Shown: positions 41,554-45,040 of the stretch, in pieces
How the letters are laid out: the number at the start of each line of letters is the position of its first letter
Numbering within the stretch: the stretch's first letter is position 1
Notes under the pieces: model-generated
Told to the model about the DNA's origin: nothing
The model's database searches: none
What the model saw: the letters and a program-made list of their open reading frames with translations, nothing else
Sequence record: SRR20825019_1269
Strand: one strand, 5' to 3'
Length of the DNA stretch: 45,040 nucleotides
Program-made: the position numbers and the translations under genes

Positions 41554-42606
41554 TTGACTTCCAGACCTGTGATGCCCGCCGAGTGGGCACCCCAAAGTGC
41601 CATCATGCTTACCTGGCCCCACCCCGGAACGGACTGGAGCGACATCCTTGCCGATGTCGAGCCGGTGTTCATGGAGATCGCGCAGACCGTCTTGCGCTTT
41701 CAGCACGTATTACTCAGCTGTGAGCATGTTTTCCGTTTGCAGGAGCTGGAAAGGGACCTTAATCAGTTCGCTCAGGAGAACGGTTTGCCCGGCCGCGTTG
41801 CGGCCGTTCCTGCCCCGGCAAACGATACCTGGGCACGCGACCATGGGCCCCTAGCCATTAGCCGTGGCGAGGGCCACGAATTACTGGATTTCAGGTTCAA
41901 TGCCTGGGGCGGAAAATTCCCTTGGGAAAAGGACAATGCCCTGAACAGCCACCTGTCGAATTTTCGCAGCTTTGGCACGACACCGCTGATACCGGTCGAC
42001 TTCGTTCTCGAGGGAGGCTCTATCGAATCCGATGGTAAAGGTACCTTGCTGACCACCAGCGAATGCCTGTTGACGCCTTCCCGCAATCCATCCATGGATC
42101 GAGCCGGTATTGAACACCTGCTGTCGGAAACACTGGGCGCCGAGCGCATCCTCTGGCTGAACCACGGCTACCTTGCCGGTGACGACACTGACAGCCATAT
42201 CGACACCCTGGCGCGCTTTTGCGCCCCCGACCATATCTGTTACGTGGCCTGCCCGGACGTCAGCGACGAGCACTACAGCGCCCTGGCGGCCATGGAGGAG
42301 GAGCTGCAGCAATTCCACCAGGCTGACGGCCAGCCCTACCGCCTGACCCCGCTGCCCTGGCCGGATGCCATCCATGACGATGACGGCGAGCGCCTTCCCG
42401 CAACCTATGCCAATTTCCTGGTCATCAACGGCGCCGTGCTGGTACCGGTTTACGGGGTGCCTCAGGATGAAGACGCCTTGGCCACCCTGTCGAACGTTTT
42501 CCCTGAGCGGGAAGTGATTCCGGTGAACTGCCGACCACTGATCACGCAGGGAGGCAGCCTGCATTGCGTCACCATGCAGATACCGGCAGGGGTTGTAGGC
42601 GCATGA
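41554..42606 (+). CDS. aguA: Agmatine deiminase / peptidylarginine deiminase family protein
   Basis: MPAEW, WARDHGP, FNAWGGK, LEGGS, DDTDSHID, YANF, catalytic GGSLHCVT. Confidence 0.85.
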   Translation: MTSRPVMPAEWAPQSAIMLTWPHPGTDWSDILADVEPVFMEIAQTVLRFQHVLLSCEHVFRLQELERDLNQFAQENGLPGRVAAVPAPANDTWARDHGPLAISRGEGHELLDFRFNAWGGKFPWEKDNALNSHLSNFRSFGTTPLIPVDFVLEGGSIESDGKGTLLTTSECLLTPSRNPSMDRAGIEHLLSETLGAERILWLNHGYLAGDDTDSHIDTLARFCAPDHICYVACPDVSDEHYSALAAMEEELQQFHQADGQPYRLTPLPWPDAIHDDDGERLPATYANFLVINGAVLVPVYGVPQDEDALATLSNVFPEREVIPVNCRPLITQGGSLHCVTMQIPAGVVGA

Positions 42607-43526
42607 CTCAGATTCCTCAATCCGCCGATCTGGCCATTGCCGCCATTCAGCAGCAATGCAGCGCTGACAAGGATACCAGCCTGGCAACCAGCGAACGTCT
42701 GATCCGCCAGGCGGCTACGGACGGCGCCCAGCTCGTCGTCCTGCAGGAATTGCACGCCACGCTCTACTTTTGCCAGACCGAAGACACCTCGGTATTCGAA
42801 CTCGCCGAGCCGATTCCCGGCCCGACCAGTCGTCGGCTATCCGCTCTGGCGGCGGAACTTGGCATCGTTCTCGTCGGGTCTATCTTTGAACGGAGAATGA
42901 ACGGCGTCTACCACAACACAGCCGTCGTTTTTGAGCGGGATGGAAACATCGCCGGCCTCTACCGCAAGATGCATATTCCCGACGATCCCGGCTTCTACGA
43001 AAAATTCTATTTCACCCCGGGCGACGCCAGCTTCAATGACGGCCGCAACGGCTTCACCCCCATCGACACCTCCGTGGGTCGGCTGGGTGTGCTGGTGTGT
43101 TGGGACCAGTGGTATCCAGAAGCCGCCCGCCTGATGGCCCTGGCCGGCGCAGAGGTATTGATCTATCCCACGGCCATTGGCTGGGATGTCACCGACGACC
43201 CGGAGGAACAAGCGCGCCAGTTGGATGCCTGGGTAACCGTTCAACGCGGCCATGCGGTTGCGAACAACCTTCCGGTCATCGCGCCAAACCGAGTCGGCAC
43301 GGAACCAGACCCTTCAGGCAACTCGGACGGCATTCGTTTCTGGGGCAACAGTTTCATCTGCGGCCCCCAGGGAGAATTCCTGGCCCGTGCCGACGACAAG
43401 TCGGAAACCCTACTGTCCGCCATCATTAATCGCTCTCGCAGTGAATCGATTCGTCGCATCTGGCCGTATTTCAGGGATCGGCGCATCGACGCCTACGGTG
43501 ACATTCTCAAGCGGGTAAGGGACTAA
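42603..43526 (+). CDS. aguB: Carbon-nitrogen hydrolase, N-carbamoylputrescine amidase-like
   Basis: Nitrilase triad E (LQEL), K (YRKMHIP), C (VCWDQWYPE); YEKFYF; ATGA overlap with the upstream gene. Confidence 0.85.
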   Translation: MTQIPQSADLAIAAIQQQCSADKDTSLATSERLIRQAATDGAQLVVLQELHATLYFCQTEDTSVFELAEPIPGPTSRRLSALAAELGIVLVGSIFERRMNGVYHNTAVVFERDGNIAGLYRKMHIPDDPGFYEKFYFTPGDASFNDGRNGFTPIDTSVGRLGVLVCWDQWYPEAARLMALAGAEVLIYPTAIGWDVTDDPEEQARQLDAWVTVQRGHAVANNLPVIAPNRVGTEPDPSGNSDGIRFWGNSFICGPQGEFLARADDKSETLLSAIINRSRSESIRRIWPYFRDRRIDAYGDILKRVRD

Positions 43527-43533
43527 GCACTTC

Positions 43534-44445
43534 ATGAAAAAACTGACCGACACGGTTATCCGCGAGTTAAACAGCATACTGCTGGGCAAGGATCACCAGG
43601 TACGGCTTTCACTCTGCGGCTTGCTGGCCAAGGGCCACCTGCTGATTGAAGACATTCCGGGAATGGGCAAAACCACCCTGTCCCATGCACTGGCCAAGGT
43701 CATGGGCCTGACCTACCAGCGCATCCAGTTTACCAATGATCTGTTACCGGCTGACGTGCTTGGCTTCTCCATGTACGACAAGCAAGCGGGGAGCCTGGTG
43801 TTCCATCCCGGACCGATCTTCGCGCAGGTTGTACTGGCTGATGAAATCAACCGCGCGTCTCCCAGAACCCAGAGTGCATTGCTGGAAGCCATGGAGGAAC
43901 GGCAGGTTTCGATCGAAGGCGAAACCCGCCCCCTGCCCCACCCGTTCTTCGTTATCGCCACACAGAATCCCATCGAGCAGGGAGGCACCTACCCGTTACC
44001 GGAATCCCAGCTTGACCGGTTTCTGATGCGCATACGGCTGGGCTACCCCGACCCGCGCGCCGAACGGGAACTGCTGGAAGGTGAAGACCGCCGGGTCATG
44101 ACCGACAGACTGCAATCACTGCTTTCTTCGGAAAACCTGCAAACCCTCCAGGACGCCGTCAACCGGGTGTCCACCAGCCCGGCGCTGCTGGACTACGTAC
44201 AACGCCTGCTGGAACAGAGCCGGCGCATGCCCGGCCTGCTGTACGGCCTGTCGCCCAGGGCCGGGCTTGGGCTCGTGCGCGCCGCAAGGGCATGGGCCCT
44301 GATGGACGGTCGCCACCACGTATTACCGGACGACATCCAGGCTGTCTTTCCGGCGGTCGCCGAACACCGCCTGGAACAGGGCGAGTCCGGAAAGAGCGCG
44401 GAGAGAGTAAGGCAACTTCTGACCTCCGTCTCTGTCATTGAATAG
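43534..44445 (+). CDS. MoxR-family AAA+ ATPase
   Basis: EDIPGMGKT, RIQFTNDLLPAD, LADEINR, ATQNP, ESQLDRF, SPRA. Confidence 0.93.
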   Translation: MKKLTDTVIRELNSILLGKDHQVRLSLCGLLAKGHLLIEDIPGMGKTTLSHALAKVMGLTYQRIQFTNDLLPADVLGFSMYDKQAGSLVFHPGPIFAQVVLADEINRASPRTQSALLEAMEERQVSIEGETRPLPHPFFVIATQNPIEQGGTYPLPESQLDRFLMRIRLGYPDPRAERELLEGEDRRVMTDRLQSLLSSENLQTLQDAVNRVSTSPALLDYVQRLLEQSRRMPGLLYGLSPRAGLGLVRAARAWALMDGRHHVLPDDIQAVFPAVAEHRLEQGESGKSAERVRQLLTSVSVIE

Positions 44446-44510
44446 ATAGCATCACTTAATGGAATGAATTGGGCAAAACAACTGGAAACCAATCCTGTTC
44501 ATGTTAGCCT
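44446..44510 (+). promoter_or_regulatory. Candidate OxyR box plus promoter for trxB
   Basis: ATAG-N7-TAAT-N7-ATTG-N7-CAAC (44446-44482) abutting TGGAAA, then an extended -10 TGtTAGCCT. Confidence 0.4.
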
Positions 44511-44561
44511 TTTGCCCTTTTCCTCCGGGCCAGCCCCCGGACGAACGTACCGATTACGTGA

Positions 44562-45040
<479 letters not shown>

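Overview
Mostly conserved core chromosome of a GC-rich gammaproteobacterium; gene order and protein style suggest Marinobacter, which is inference. In order: 5' part of tRNA-Lys; cpoB-pal-tolBARQ-ybgC-ruvBAC-yebC-aspS (minus strand); fabR-like TetR; HIT-ugd-galE-tadA; a ~1.56-kb accessory insert; guaA-guaB / xseA; propionate-CoA ligase; cold-shock protein; leuA / Lrp regulator; TetR-PaaI; proS; murB-LMW-PTP-kdsB-ycaR-lpxK-msbA-exbD-exbB-comEC; DUF2062; lolD plus a single lolC/E; PilZ protein; small exported protein; agmatine deiminase, carbamoylputrescine amidase and MoxR ATPase; start of trxB. The one clearly accessory segment lies between tadA and the 3' end of guaA. It is bounded by a degenerate direct repeat of the guaA 3' end, a known island integration hotspot, and has no integrase. 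It carries one gene, for a predicted exported c-type cytochrome fused to a Vgb-lyase-like beta-propeller, behind a good sigmaE/AlgU-type promoter. Secondary observations: a MoxR without its usual partners, a single LolF-like permease, a TonB-less ExbBD pair, and several candidate cis-regulatory hairpins and boxes. No CRISPR array, IS or prophage was seen. All calls are by eye; no searches were run.
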